Source: an uncultured Nitrososphaerota archaeon
GTDB taxonomy: Archaea > Thermoproteota > EX4484-205 > JAAOZO01
DNA: 64,000 bases
Assembly: GCA_964408285.1 (NCBI GenBank)
Contig: CAYOYV010000001.1
Span: 64,001-128,000, forward strand
Direction of reading: 5' to 3'
Below the pieces are notes generated by a model, which saw only the letters and a list, made by a program, of their open reading frames with translations, ran no database searches and was not told where the DNA came from. Of this stretch, positions 29,663-39,503 are shown in pieces. Positions within the stretch are counted from its first letter, which is position 1, and each line of letters begins with the position of its first letter. The position numbers were made by a program, and so were the translations under genes.

Positions 29663-29908
29663 TTGGTTCGTCTTTTCAAAGGGCTGCCTTTGCTTATAGG
29701 GATTTTTTGAAATTGAGCCTCCAAAGCATGCGTTGGGAGCATTGGCACAGTCAAAGGGAATTGCTCTCTCATTCTTGCATGGAAAACAGTTCCGATGCTA
29801 TTAGATGTCGAAACGAAGATGTCTTCGGACATGGGATCGGCATGGATTCTGCTACAAAGCCATGACAAGACGCCCAAATTCAGCAGTCAGTGAAGGAATG
29901 GGATTACA

Positions 29909-31426
29909 TCACTTGAGCCTCAAGTCGAGGCTGCTGATAGAGTGTCTCGGCAACACTTTCGTGAACTTCTTCCCAGAAGCATCTATTGGTTGTCTTATCG
30001 GCTCCACTTCTTTCGGGCTTCCAAAATCGTTATGGGCTCGCACGTCATCAGCGGTTAGGATCGCCATCTCACCTCCATCGACTTCTTTGTTGCCAACAAG
30101 ATTCACCTCGACGTCAAGATCCCCTAGCAAGTCCTGATTCACGCAGGTTAGGATCAGCCTGTTTCCTTCCTGTCCGATCGAAGCTGAAACATCAAGCAAG
30201 TTCGGCTTCCTAATCACACTCGTTCCTTTGACGGAATTGGTGGATTGCTCAGGCATTTTCAGAGGAGGAGAATCGACAGTCACTTCAACAGCTGATTTCC
30301 CCATGTGGCCCCGATACAAGCTGTAGACATGATAGGTCGGCGTCAGGACGGTTTCTTCGCCCTTGGCAAGACACAGGCTTTGGAGGACGTTGATGGTCTG
30401 GGCAATGTTCGCCATCTTCACCTTTGTTGAATGCCTATTGAACATATTCAAGACTACGCCCGCCAATATGGCATCCCTCAGTGTGTTCTGCTGAAATAGC
30501 CCGCTCTCCAAATTCGCTTGGGGGTGCCAAACGCCCCATTCATCGACCGCAATCCCTACCTCCTTTTTTCCATGGCAGAAGTAGTCCACGATCCTTATTG
30601 TCTGTTGAAGTTTTTGTTCCAGGTATTGGGTATCACCAACCAGGTTTAGATACTGGTCCTCGGTGAATTCCACATCTGACCCATACCTTTTCTTGTCGCC
30701 AAAGTAATGATGGATGGAGAGATAATCGATAAGATGCAGTTGGTCTTTAAGACTCTCCATGAATCTGAGATTCCAGTCTCCAGCTGTGTGCCCACAGGCA
30801 ATCAATTTCACCGAAGGATCGAAGCGCTTTAGGAAAGTCGCAAACCTTCTGTACTCTGAGGCATAGTGTAGAGGATCGAATGAGCCGCCGCATGCATAGT
30901 TCTCGTTCCCAATCCCCCAATACCTGACGTTGTGCGGCTTCCGATATCCATTCTTGGCCCTTAGTCTTGCGTAGCTCGATTTGCCTTCGAAATTGCAGTA
31001 CTCAAGCCATGAGGAGGCCTCCTTGGGATTGCCAGATCCAACATTAAGACAAATATAGGGTTCCGCTCCCACAACTGAACAGAATCGCGCATACTCATCT
31101 GTGCCGAATTCATTTGTTTCCAATCCGCCCCACCATAGATTGATCCTGTTTGGCCTCTCTCCGCTAGGTCCGATTCCATCCTCCCAATGATAGAAGTCGG
31201 CGAAACAGCCTCCAGGCCATCTGACAACAGGAGCACATACGTTTCTCAGCGCTTCGACAACTTCCTTCCTGAATCCATACTTGTCGGCTGCCTTGTGTCG
31301 CTTACCCACCCAGATGCCAGGATAGATGCAACTCCCGAGATGCTCAATGAAATGCCCGTAGATGTTCGGATCAATGGTGGCCATGACTGAATCTAGTTTT
31401 ACAGCTATCCTGCATTTGCCTGCCAT
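29909..31426 (-). CDS. abfA: alpha-L-arabinofuranosidase, GH51
   Basis: IYGHFIEHLG.CIY.GIW, RWPGGCFAD.YHWEDGIG, WGIGNE, DEWG.W, MANIAQTINVLQ; start trimmed to ATG 31426. Confidence 0.93.
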   Translation of the reverse strand: MAGKCRIAVKLDSVMATIDPNIYGHFIEHLGSCIYPGIWVGKRHKAADKYGFRKEVVEALRNVCAPVVRWPGGCFADFYHWEDGIGPSGERPNRINLWWGGLETNEFGTDEYARFCSVVGAEPYICLNVGSGNPKEASSWLEYCNFEGKSSYARLRAKNGYRKPHNVRYWGIGNENYACGGSFDPLHYASEYRRFATFLKRFDPSVKLIACGHTAGDWNLRFMESLKDQLHLIDYLSIHHYFGDKKRYGSDVEFTEDQYLNLVGDTQYLEQKLQQTIRIVDYFCHGKKEVGIAVDEWGVWHPQANLESGLFQQNTLRDAILAGVVLNMFNRHSTKVKMANIAQTINVLQSLCLAKGEETVLTPTYHVYSLYRGHMGKSAVEVTVDSPPLKMPEQSTNSVKGTSVIRKPNLLDVSASIGQEGNRLILTCVNQDLLGDLDVEVNLVGNKEVDGGEMAILTADDVRAHNDFGSPKEVEPIRQPIDASGKKFTKVLPRHSISSLDLRLK

Positions 31427-31545
31427 GCTGTTCGAATACCAAGCTATTTTTTTAGCTTTGCCCGATGACATTAGATTCAGGCCAAGAGGTGCTTTCCCTC
31501 TGCGATAATGATATATCTCTTGGTGCCTCATTGGCTTCGCTGGAG

Positions 31546-32538
31546 ATGAGGCAAGTCATCTTTGGCCTAATAGGCTGCGGGGGAATAAGCAGAAGGCACA
31601 TCAAGGCGTATGGGAATCTAAAGAACAGGATCAAGGTTTCAGCAGTCTGCGACGCTGTTCCCGAGAGAGCCATCCACGCGATGCAGGCGCTGGGAGCCGA
31701 GACCTACTTCACCGAGTACGATAGGTTGCTTCGGCGCGATGACATCGAGGCCGTAGACATATGCCTTCCCCATGATCTACATAGCATCGTGGCTATTGCC
31801 GCTGCAGAAAGGGGGAAGCATGTGCTTTGCGAGAAGCCGATCGCCAGAACCTTGGATGAGGCGGATGCCATGATCAGAGCCGCTCAGAGGATGGGTGTAG
31901 TACTGATGATAGGAGAGAACTACAGGTTCCTTCCTGAAGTCGCAAGAGCAAAGGAGCTCATCAGCAATGGCGTCATCGGCGACATCTTCCTGGCCAAGGC
32001 AGATTGCGTAGGCTTTCCAGGCGATCTTGCCCCGAGCGGATGGAAGTTTGATGCTTCGAGGGTTGGTGGAGGCGTCGTAATAGACTCTGGTATCCATTAT
32101 GTTGACACAATGAGATGGCTTGTTGGCGAGGTCTCAAGCGTTACTGCGTTCTTGAACAGACTGATCAGGAAGGAAATATCAGGTGAAGACACAGGATGCT
32201 TGCTCTTCAAGCATGCCGGAGGAGCCATAAGCGTCCTCACACTGACGTGGGCAGCAAGAAGGCCAATGGACGAGCACCTGTTCAAGCTGTATGGCTCTAT
32301 GGGCACAATCGTCAACGCAGAAGCTGGCGTGCTAGTTCTAGCAGGGGACAAACCCGATGAGATCTCGAAGATAGAGGTAGAACCTAGGGACAGCTTCAGT
32401 GCAGAGATAGAACACATTGCGGATTGCATTGTCGAGGGAAGGCATCCTCTCGTGGATGGCCCAGAGGCCAGAAGGGATCTAGAGCTCGTACTTGCTGCTT
32501 ATACGTCAGCGAAGACTGGAGAAACCGTAAACGTTTGA
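31546..32538 (+). CDS. Gfo/Idh/MocA family oxidoreductase
   Basis: GLIGCGGI, GKHVLCEKP, GGG..ID.GIH..D; start trimmed to ATG 31546. Confidence 0.92.
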   Translation: MRQVIFGLIGCGGISRRHIKAYGNLKNRIKVSAVCDAVPERAIHAMQALGAETYFTEYDRLLRRDDIEAVDICLPHDLHSIVAIAAAERGKHVLCEKPIARTLDEADAMIRAAQRMGVVLMIGENYRFLPEVARAKELISNGVIGDIFLAKADCVGFPGDLAPSGWKFDASRVGGGVVIDSGIHYVDTMRWLVGEVSSVTAFLNRLIRKEISGEDTGCLLFKHAGGAISVLTLTWAARRPMDEHLFKLYGSMGTIVNAEAGVLVLAGDKPDEISKIEVEPRDSFSAEIEHIADCIVEGRHPLVDGPEARRDLELVLAAYTSAKTGETVNV

Positions 32539-32706
32539 AGCGCGGGGTGATTCAGGATTTCAGGGTAAAAGGAGTTTCTGGACCTTCCAGTTACATATGT
32601 CCTAGCCGCATCCACAGTCAGGCCTAGGCCAGCTAACAATCCTACATTGACTTTGGTAGGAGCGGGAAGATCCTGCCGATCTCGCACTCAAATCTGGTCT
32701 GGAGAC

Positions 32707-33698
32707 CTACAGAAACACTGCAGCCCTCGTACTTGAGGAAGCATATACTGCATAGGCCATCTCTACGGCCTGAGACCGTCGAATCCATCTCCCATTGGTC
32801 TTCTCCTTTCATCGATGGCTTCGACAAACTCTTTCAGTTCCAGCTTCCAGGACTCATCTTGCACATTACTGTAATCACAAATGGCGATTTCCCCACTCCT
32901 CGTCCCGTGAGTGGTCTTCTTACAGTTCCTGTTGTCGGTATAGGGATAACCTCTGTCTCCGTAAAGTTCAATTAGCATATATCCGAACCACTCAGTCCAT
33001 GAGGACTGCACAAAAGCGATTCTGCCATCAGCGGTCTTGAACAGACCGAATCCATTGTCCTCAACGTCTATTGGCCAATAAAGGGTCTCGGCATATCCCT
33101 CGTCCTCTCTTATCTCTCCCAGAAACCATCTAGCGAGGTCCAAGACATGAACACCATTGTCCAGAAATGTGCCGCCCCCGGCCCTCTCTCTGTTCCAGAA
33201 CCAAAAGCTCAGCATGCGTTCACCCCCTCCATGGCCGGTCCTTGCCCTCATGAACAATGCCTTGCCGATGGCTCCTGACTCGAAGAGCTCTCTTGTCTTC
33301 AGGACACTTCTCAAGTGCCTGTGATTGAATCCCGTCTTCAGAATCCTTCCAGTTATCCTTGAAGCCTCGACCATCTTTCGCGCTTCCTCCGGATTCCTAG
33401 CTAGAGGCTTCTCGCAGAGAAGGTGTTTCCCATTCTCCAGACAGCCCATCGAAATAGGTGCATGAAATTTGTTAGGGGTAGATACCACCACGCAATCCAG
33501 ATCTCTCCTGGAGGCGACTGATTCATAGTCAAGAGTGAATTCACACTCGAATTCAGCTGCCCTTCTCTTAGCCAGCTCTTCGACCACATCGCACACCACG
33601 ACAAGTTTGACACTAGGATTCGTCAAGGTCGTTTTCATCCCGACCGCACCGACGCCGCCACAGCCAATGACCCCGAATCTAAGCCCTTCTCCCATCAA
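32707..33698 (-). CDS. Gfo/Idh/MocA family oxidoreductase with a frameshift near the C-terminus
   Basis: GVIGCG, GKHLLCEKP, GFNHR, GGG.FLDNGVH; frame stops at 32763 (DGLRP*) but the usual tail AVEMAYAVYASS continues in another frame to 32707. Confidence 0.8.
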
Positions 33699-33787
33699 TC
33701 ACACCCTATCTATCGCGTGCAATGTCGGAACCTATCAGTCTATGCATACTCCTGGGAACATGCCTCATCTGTCAAGTGGATTTAGTC

Positions 33788-34816
33788 TTACTCGAGGGCC
33801 AGTCCACTAGGATAAACAGAACCAAGGAACTTGACATCATTGAACCATCTTCTCGCGGAGAAGGTTGCCTCCTCGAAGGAGACTGCGAGACTGAAAGATG
33901 CCCTACTGAATGATGCCATCTTGGAGAAGGTAGTCTCCCTGAATGATGATGAACCAGAGAATCGGGTTTCGCAGAATGAGATGGGATCGGAGAACGTTGC
34001 GCCTCTGAATGAGGTATTGCGAGCGAATCTCGCCCTGTTGAAGTATGTACCCCTAGAGAATGTCGCGTTCTCGAATGACGTGTCCCCCGAGAAAGTCGCT
34101 TGTCTGAAAGATGTGACTCCAGCAAATGTCGCTCGGCTGAACGAGGCGTCAAAGGCAAACATCGTGGTGTAGAATGACAAGTTGCCCATGAAAGTCGCCC
34201 TGTCGAACCATGAAAGGTCGCAGAATGTGGCTCTGTCAAAAGAGCCGCCATTAGAAAAAGTGGCAACATCGAAGGATGTTCCACCAGAGAATGTTGTGTC
34301 TTCAAAGCTTGCATGGCCAGAGAACACGAGTCTTCTGAACCATGCCCCTTCGCAGAAAGTTGCTCCATCGAATGACACATGACGGAGGAATCCCGCTCGG
34401 ATGAAATTCGCTGTTCCCTCGAAGACTGCGTATCCAAGATTGATTGTTTTCTTGAATTGGAATCCTTGCAGGGAGAATGACGGGCCGGGGAATATGAAGC
34501 CCCGCATGTTGATCTCGCCAACATCTGGATCTTCATTGGATCCGAACATCACGCGCATGACCTGTTCGCTGAATTCATTCGCTTCCAGTGGCCCCTTTCT
34601 CGGGAGATGGAAGATGCACCAACCATCTCTTCTCTCGTTGCGAGAGCAATCTGGGTATTTGCATTTCAAAGGATATCGCCTTTCCGCGTGAATTTCGGCT
34701 GGGCCACCTTCGGCATGGGACGATGCGCCGTGCCGTTTAACGTTTTCGGTTGAATTCTCTTCAGACCTTGCTGCACTTAAGTCCAGTCTAGGTGGTCCAG
34801 CGGCTAACTCCCGCAT
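33788..34816 (-). CDS. pentapeptide-repeat protein with N-terminal Cys/His motif
   Basis: CKYPDC...WCIFH followed by a long run of 11-residue F..ATF....SF units; start uncertain (track ORF overlaps the divergent GH32). Confidence 0.75.
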   Translation of the reverse strand: MRELAAGPPRLDLSAARSEENSTENVKRHGASSHAEGGPAEIHAERRYPLKCKYPDCSRNERRDGWCIFHLPRKGPLEANEFSEQVMRVMFGSNEDPDVGEINMRGFIFPGPSFSLQGFQFKKTINLGYAVFEGTANFIRAGFLRHVSFDGATFCEGAWFRRLVFSGHASFEDTTFSGGTSFDVATFSNGGSFDRATFCDLSWFDRATFMGNLSFYTTMFAFDASFSRATFAGVTSFRQATFSGDTSFENATFSRGTYFNRARFARNTSFRGATFSDPISFCETRFSGSSSFRETTFSKMASFSRASFSLAVSFEEATFSARRWFNDVKFLGSVYPSGLALE

Positions 34817-34843
34817 ATAAACTCCGCTCTCCAAGCCAAGAGC

Positions 34844-36289
34844 ATGGAAACCAGCGAAGGCGATTCCAGGAAGGCCTCTTGTGACGAACCTAGGACTCAG
34901 GAGAAACTGCGGGCTGATATGCAGCGTCCCGGATATCATTTCCTCCCTTTAGCCAACTGGATGAACGATCCTAACGGGACGATTTTCTGGAAGGGGAAGT
35001 ACCATGTGTTCTACCAGCACAATCCGGAGGGCCCATTCTGGGGGACGATGCACTGGGGCCATACTGTGAGCGAAGATCTCGTTCATTGGAAGAATCTGCC
35101 TTTGGCCCTGTCGCCTACATCGAGTGGCCCGGACAATGAAGGGTGCTGGAGCGGCTGCGCTGTCATAAACAAAGGCATTCCGACAATAGTCTACACAGGT
35201 GTCCGACCTGAGGTGCAATGTATTGCAACGAGCTCGGATGATATGGTGACTTGGCACAAATACAGTGGGAACCCTGTCCTCGGAGGACCTCCAGAGGGCT
35301 TGGAAGTCGACGGCTTTCGGGATCCCTGCGTTTGGAATGAGAATGACCGTTGGTGCATGATATTGGGTTCCGGCATGAGAGGGGTCAGAGGAGCTACCTT
35401 GCTCTACGAGTCAAGGGATCTAATCAACTGGAGATATATTCATCCTCTCTGCATTGGCGATGGAAACGTAACTGGCGATATGTGGGAATGCCCTGATTTC
35501 TTTCCATTAAATAAGAAGCACGTTCTTCTCGTGTCAACCCTCGGAAGAACACTGTATTTCATCGGCAGATATCATGACAACAATTTCACCACAGAGGCGC
35601 GGGGGACAACTGACATTGGGGACAGCTTCTATGCTGGTAGGACGTTGACCGATGGAATGGGTCGCCGAATCCTTTTCGGTTGGGTAAAAGAGGACAGAGA
35701 TCCCATTTCATGCAAGATCTCAGGCTGGGCAGGGCTGTTGTCTGTTCCCCGGATTCTATCGCTCTGCAATGGTAGCCGACTCCGCATAGAGCCGGCTACC
35801 GAACTGAAATCCCTCCGCGGAAGACACCAGAGATATGAGGACATCCGCCTGGCAGCTGGGTCATCCTTCCCGCTAGACGGTTTGGAAGGAGATGCCCTCG
35901 AAATCTCCGCTGAATTCTCTGCTGAGGACGCACAGCAATTTGGCCTGAAGCTGCGCTGCTCCCCAGATGATTCAGAGAAGACTTTCATTGCCTTTGACAA
36001 GGATACAAGATCCCTCCAACTTGACACGAGATTCTCTAGTCTCGATACGAATGTTGGCCACGGAATACATGGCGGAAGGATGGACCTGTTTGAAGGGAAC
36101 ACACTGACGATGCACATCTTCATTGATCGATCAGTGATCGAGGTCTTCGCAAATTCCATGACTTGCCTCACTGGCCGCATATATCCGTCAAGACCAGACA
36201 GTATCCATATGGGACTCTTCGCGCGCAATGGTAGATCTAGACTGATCTCCCTTGATGCATGGGAGATGAGAAAGGATGGGAGCTCTTGA
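34844..36289 (+). CDS. GH32 beta-fructofuranosidase / sucrose-6-phosphate hydrolase
   Basis: WMNDPNG, HWGH..S.DLVHW, WSG, FRDP, MWECPD, D.SVIEVF. Confidence 0.95.
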   Translation: METSEGDSRKASCDEPRTQEKLRADMQRPGYHFLPLANWMNDPNGTIFWKGKYHVFYQHNPEGPFWGTMHWGHTVSEDLVHWKNLPLALSPTSSGPDNEGCWSGCAVINKGIPTIVYTGVRPEVQCIATSSDDMVTWHKYSGNPVLGGPPEGLEVDGFRDPCVWNENDRWCMILGSGMRGVRGATLLYESRDLINWRYIHPLCIGDGNVTGDMWECPDFFPLNKKHVLLVSTLGRTLYFIGRYHDNNFTTEARGTTDIGDSFYAGRTLTDGMGRRILFGWVKEDRDPISCKISGWAGLLSVPRILSLCNGSRLRIEPATELKSLRGRHQRYEDIRLAAGSSFPLDGLEGDALEISAEFSAEDAQQFGLKLRCSPDDSEKTFIAFDKDTRSLQLDTRFSSLDTNVGHGIHGGRMDLFEGNTLTMHIFIDRSVIEVFANSMTCLTGRIYPSRPDSIHMGLFARNGRSRLISLDAWEMRKDGSS

Positions 36290-36402
36290 TGGGATTCCTT
36301 CTCAGATTCGCTTAGGGTTGTGGAGTGCATGTCCAGAACTGCCGCAAGCAGTTCGTACAGATGGCATCATCCTAAATTCGGCTTGGGACCATCGGCGTCA
36401 TC

Positions 36403-37422
36403 TCATCGCGTTGCGTTGGATAATCTGACTGGCCTTTTTGAGGTCATGGATTTATTTGCCGCAACGGTAACCTCGAGAGTTCTCAAGCCGTCTTCATACT
36501 GGCACATTATATGGGAAGGATCGTTTTTCCTGACGGCTTCGATGAAAGAGTTGTCCTCGACTTCAAATATGTTCTCCTCGCCCTTGATTTCCACTGGGTC
36601 AACACCTTTCCTTAATAGCCGCAGTGAGTGCTCCCATCCAGTGAATAGGGCGGTTGTGCTATTGGCGAATATGTTCAGACTCACTGCGCCTCCTCCACCG
36701 TTAGCAGAGCAAGATGCCCAAAGAGAAGCAACGGCTCCATTCCTGAACTTCATGCTGACAACGCTGGCATCCTCGATGCTGTATCCTTGCGGGATCGCCT
36801 TGTTCAATCCTTTTGCCGGGAAGGCGTGAACCTGAGAGACTTCTCCGGATATGAATCTCACTAGATCGACAGTATGTGTGACCTGTTCTAAGAATTGCCC
36901 CCCGCTCTTCTCCTTTCTGATCCACCAATTCCAGATGCCTCCCTTTTCGCCTGAAGGCGTTCCGCCTATCCAGCCTCCTGTCATCAATATTGGCTGATCC
37001 TGCTCAATGAGATCCCGCACTAGTTGGACGCCCTTTCTATATCGGTTCATATAACCTACGCTAGTTAGAATCTTCTTCTTCTTGATTGCTCTGGCTATCC
37101 TCTCTGCCTGCTCAAGGTGAAGGTCTATCGGCTTCTCGACGAAGAACGGAATCCCTCTCTTCGCGGCCTCCATTTCTGAACCATGAGCGTAGGGCGGAAG
37201 GCAGAAGAACACGGCATCGATCTCAAGAGTTCCGAACATCTGCTCCGCGTTACCGAATGTCTTTGCCGTGACACTATATTTCTTTGAAATCTCGTCCGCT
37301 CGTGCAAGATTGACATCGCAGAATCCGGCAAGCTCAACCTGTTCGTTCTTGACAAGCCCTTTCAGATGCGCTTCGGCTATTCCTCCACATCCGACAAAAG
37401 CTACCCTCGTCTTGTCTGCCAT
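36403..37422 (-). CDS. Gfo/Idh/MocA family oxidoreductase
   Basis: AFVGCGGI, FFVEKP, GYMNRY, SGGQFLEQVTHTVD. Confidence 0.92.
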   Translation of the reverse strand: MADKTRVAFVGCGGIAEAHLKGLVKNEQVELAGFCDVNLARADEISKKYSVTAKTFGNAEQMFGTLEIDAVFFCLPPYAHGSEMEAAKRGIPFFVEKPIDLHLEQAERIARAIKKKKILTSVGYMNRYRKGVQLVRDLIEQDQPILMTGGWIGGTPSGEKGGIWNWWIRKEKSGGQFLEQVTHTVDLVRFISGEVSQVHAFPAKGLNKAIPQGYSIEDASVVSMKFRNGAVASLWASCSANGGGGAVSLNIFANSTTALFTGWEHSLRLLRKGVDPVEIKGEENIFEVEDNSFIEAVRKNDPSHIMCQYEDGLRTLEVTVAANKSMTSKRPVRLSNATR

Positions 37423-37466
37423 ACGAAACCGGTGTGCCAGCGCTCATTTAAGACTTCAATGACGCT

Positions 37467-38498
37467 CTAGTCGTAACTGATTCCGAGCTTGATTGTCCTT
37501 CCTGGTTCCTCGGAGATCATTCTGTATCCTTCGACGACTTGATCGAATTTGACAATCGGATCGAGCATTTCCTGTGCGCTCAGCTGCCTCCGTCTGAACA
37601 ACTGCAGCACAGTCTGATAGATTCTTTCCCTGTTCCACCTGGGGTGCTCCCTATATGGCTCGCTTTCAACCCTGGCACCTGAGACCAGAGTTTGCCGGTT
37701 GAAGTGCCATTCTTCAGCTAGATCTAATCCTCGCGGCTCCCCGTGATACCATGAGACGGGCACAACTGTGCCTCCGTATCTTGTTGCTCTTATGGCTTGA
37801 TGTAGTGCTTGATAGTCGCCACTTGTGTCAATCGCGATGTCGACTCCCTCCCCGTTGGCCAATCTCCTTGTTTCAATGCCTACATCGCATATTCTTGGGT
37901 CAAGAACGGCGTCTGCTCCATGCTTCTTACCCAGACTTCTCCTTTTCTCTATTGGCTCGAATCCGATTACCAACATGGAACCGGAGAGCTTCGCGAGCTG
38001 AACTGCCATGAGACCAATCGCGCCCAGCCCGAAGACCGCTACATTGTCCCCGATTCTTGCGTTGCCCTCTCTCACGGCCATCAACGCAACCGTAGCGGGA
38101 TCTATGCAGACCAGCTCCTCATCAGTCATCTCTGCCGGAGCAATCTCAACTCGATCCTCGCTGATCAGGTGCGTCTCCCTTGCAGGAAGATAGCCATAGA
38201 CGCGTTCTCCGATTTTGATCTTTGTAACCTTCTCGCCAACTGCAGCTACAACCCCCACTGTCATATTTCCTACATGCATCGGAAAAGGGTTCGTTTCTTT
38301 CTCGACGAAGAGCCTCGACTTGGCATCATATGCCTTCCTCTGGAATGGCGAAATGCCTCCATAGAATGCAAGGGCAGTGCCATGCTTCTCGGCCGTTAGC
38401 CGGCTCCTCAGGAGAATCTCATTCGCTCTCAACGGGCGATCTTCGTAATTCCTCATTTCAAGATGATTCGGTGAAGTAGCTACGACCTCTCTCGGCAT
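37467..38498 (-). CDS. medium-chain dehydrogenase/reductase (zinc-binding ADH-like)
   Basis: GroES-like N-domain; VFGLGAIG Rossmann motif; DIAIDTSG; classical Zn-Cys motif not evident. Confidence 0.85.
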   Translation of the reverse strand: MPREVVATSPNHLEMRNYEDRPLRANEILLRSRLTAEKHGTALAFYGGISPFQRKAYDAKSRLFVEKETNPFPMHVGNMTVGVVAAVGEKVTKIKIGERVYGYLPARETHLISEDRVEIAPAEMTDEELVCIDPATVALMAVREGNARIGDNVAVFGLGAIGLMAVQLAKLSGSMLVIGFEPIEKRRSLGKKHGADAVLDPRICDVGIETRRLANGEGVDIAIDTSGDYQALHQAIRATRYGGTVVPVSWYHGEPRGLDLAEEWHFNRQTLVSGARVESEPYREHPRWNRERIYQTVLQLFRRRQLSAQEMLDPIVKFDQVVEGYRMISEEPGRTIKLGISYD

Positions 38499-38573
38499 GA
38501 AGCAGCGACTGCGCTTCGGGGATTTAAGCCTCTCGATTGTCTGCCGTGACGCTCATGAGAAGTAGCTCCTCGG

Positions 38574-39374
38574 CTATCTTTTTGACTCATTCGAGATACT
38601 GGCACATCCTGAGATGAAATCAGAGAACCCTATCGTATCTCCATAGTGCGTCTCGACGAACCTCGTTGCCCACCTTGTGGCAATCTTGTCCTCGCCCCAA
38701 TCTGGCATTTCTATTCCGAGAGTTCCTTCTCGCATGAGTAGGACACGATATCCTAACTCTGACATTGGAGCCATTGCTCCTGGAGCATTCAGCAGGCACA
38801 TGTCGGCTGCAAAGCCTGAATAGATGATGTTCACGATTCCTCTCTTTCTTAGGACGTGGTCCAATTGCATTGTGGAATATATTACTGGCTCTCCCATCAT
38901 AGGTGCCAGGTCCTTCGGAAAATCGAGATTATTCAGCGGGGACATCGTGGCATAATCCTTCCCATGATTTCTCTCAAGGATGCTCTCCCGGTAGCCCACA
39001 ATTGCGGGCTTGACGGAATGTGAAATCGGGACAGCTGTCTCACCCTCGAGTATGACGAGATTCTGCGGATATTTCTTGGCAATGGACTCTGTTTGGACAT
39101 GACAAACAAGAATTCTTGCCCTGCGAGCTGCGTCCAAGGCCGGGCGAATGAAGTCCCTCTCTATGCGGTGAGCCTCTTCATGGGTCTGCTTGAATCCCAT
39201 GTCGACCCAATACTCATCTTTCAGGGGATTCTCTGGGCAACCGACATTCCAGCAATGCACCGATGCGAAGGCCGTTCCGTCGGCGTCAAGTTGGAGGGCC
39301 TCTTCCTCATACCCGGGTTTCGCCATCGGGATTGTTCGATAATATCGTCCATTCAGCCTAAGGATTCTTGGCAT
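38574..39374 (-). CDS. isochorismatase-like cysteine hydrolase
   Basis: IIYSGFAADMC nucleophile region, ELGYRVLL.REGT. Confidence 0.65.
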   Translation of the reverse strand: MPRILRLNGRYYRTIPMAKPGYEEEALQLDADGTAFASVHCWNVGCPENPLKDEYWVDMGFKQTHEEAHRIERDFIRPALDAARRARILVCHVQTESIAKKYPQNLVILEGETAVPISHSVKPAIVGYRESILERNHGKDYATMSPLNNLDFPKDLAPMMGEPVIYSTMQLDHVLRKRGIVNIIYSGFAADMCLLNAPGAMAPMSELGYRVLLMREGTLGIEMPDWGEDKIATRWATRFVETHYGDTIGFSDFISGCASISNESKR

Positions 39375-39503
39375 CTGATCTCGTTTTTCGATTCAAGCAC
39401 ATCAGCCATTTAAGCGTTGGGATCCGATTCACATGGAACTAATCGCTGTTCTATATATGCCCGACTAGCTAATCTTATAAGAACGGCATCGATACCGAAA
39501 CCC

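Noticed and set aside
33772-34536. 254-aa Ser/His/Arg-rich ORF and the periodic DNA here as a possible repeat array
   Set aside because: Alternate frame of the pentapeptide-repeat gene; the periodicity is protein-level (33 nt), with no identical repeats and spacers as in CRISPR
35629-36330. Long antisense ORFs such as 35629-36330, 12361-13005, 37809-38399 and 46003-46581
   Set aside because: They lie opposite well-supported genes and have no motifs; typical shadow frames
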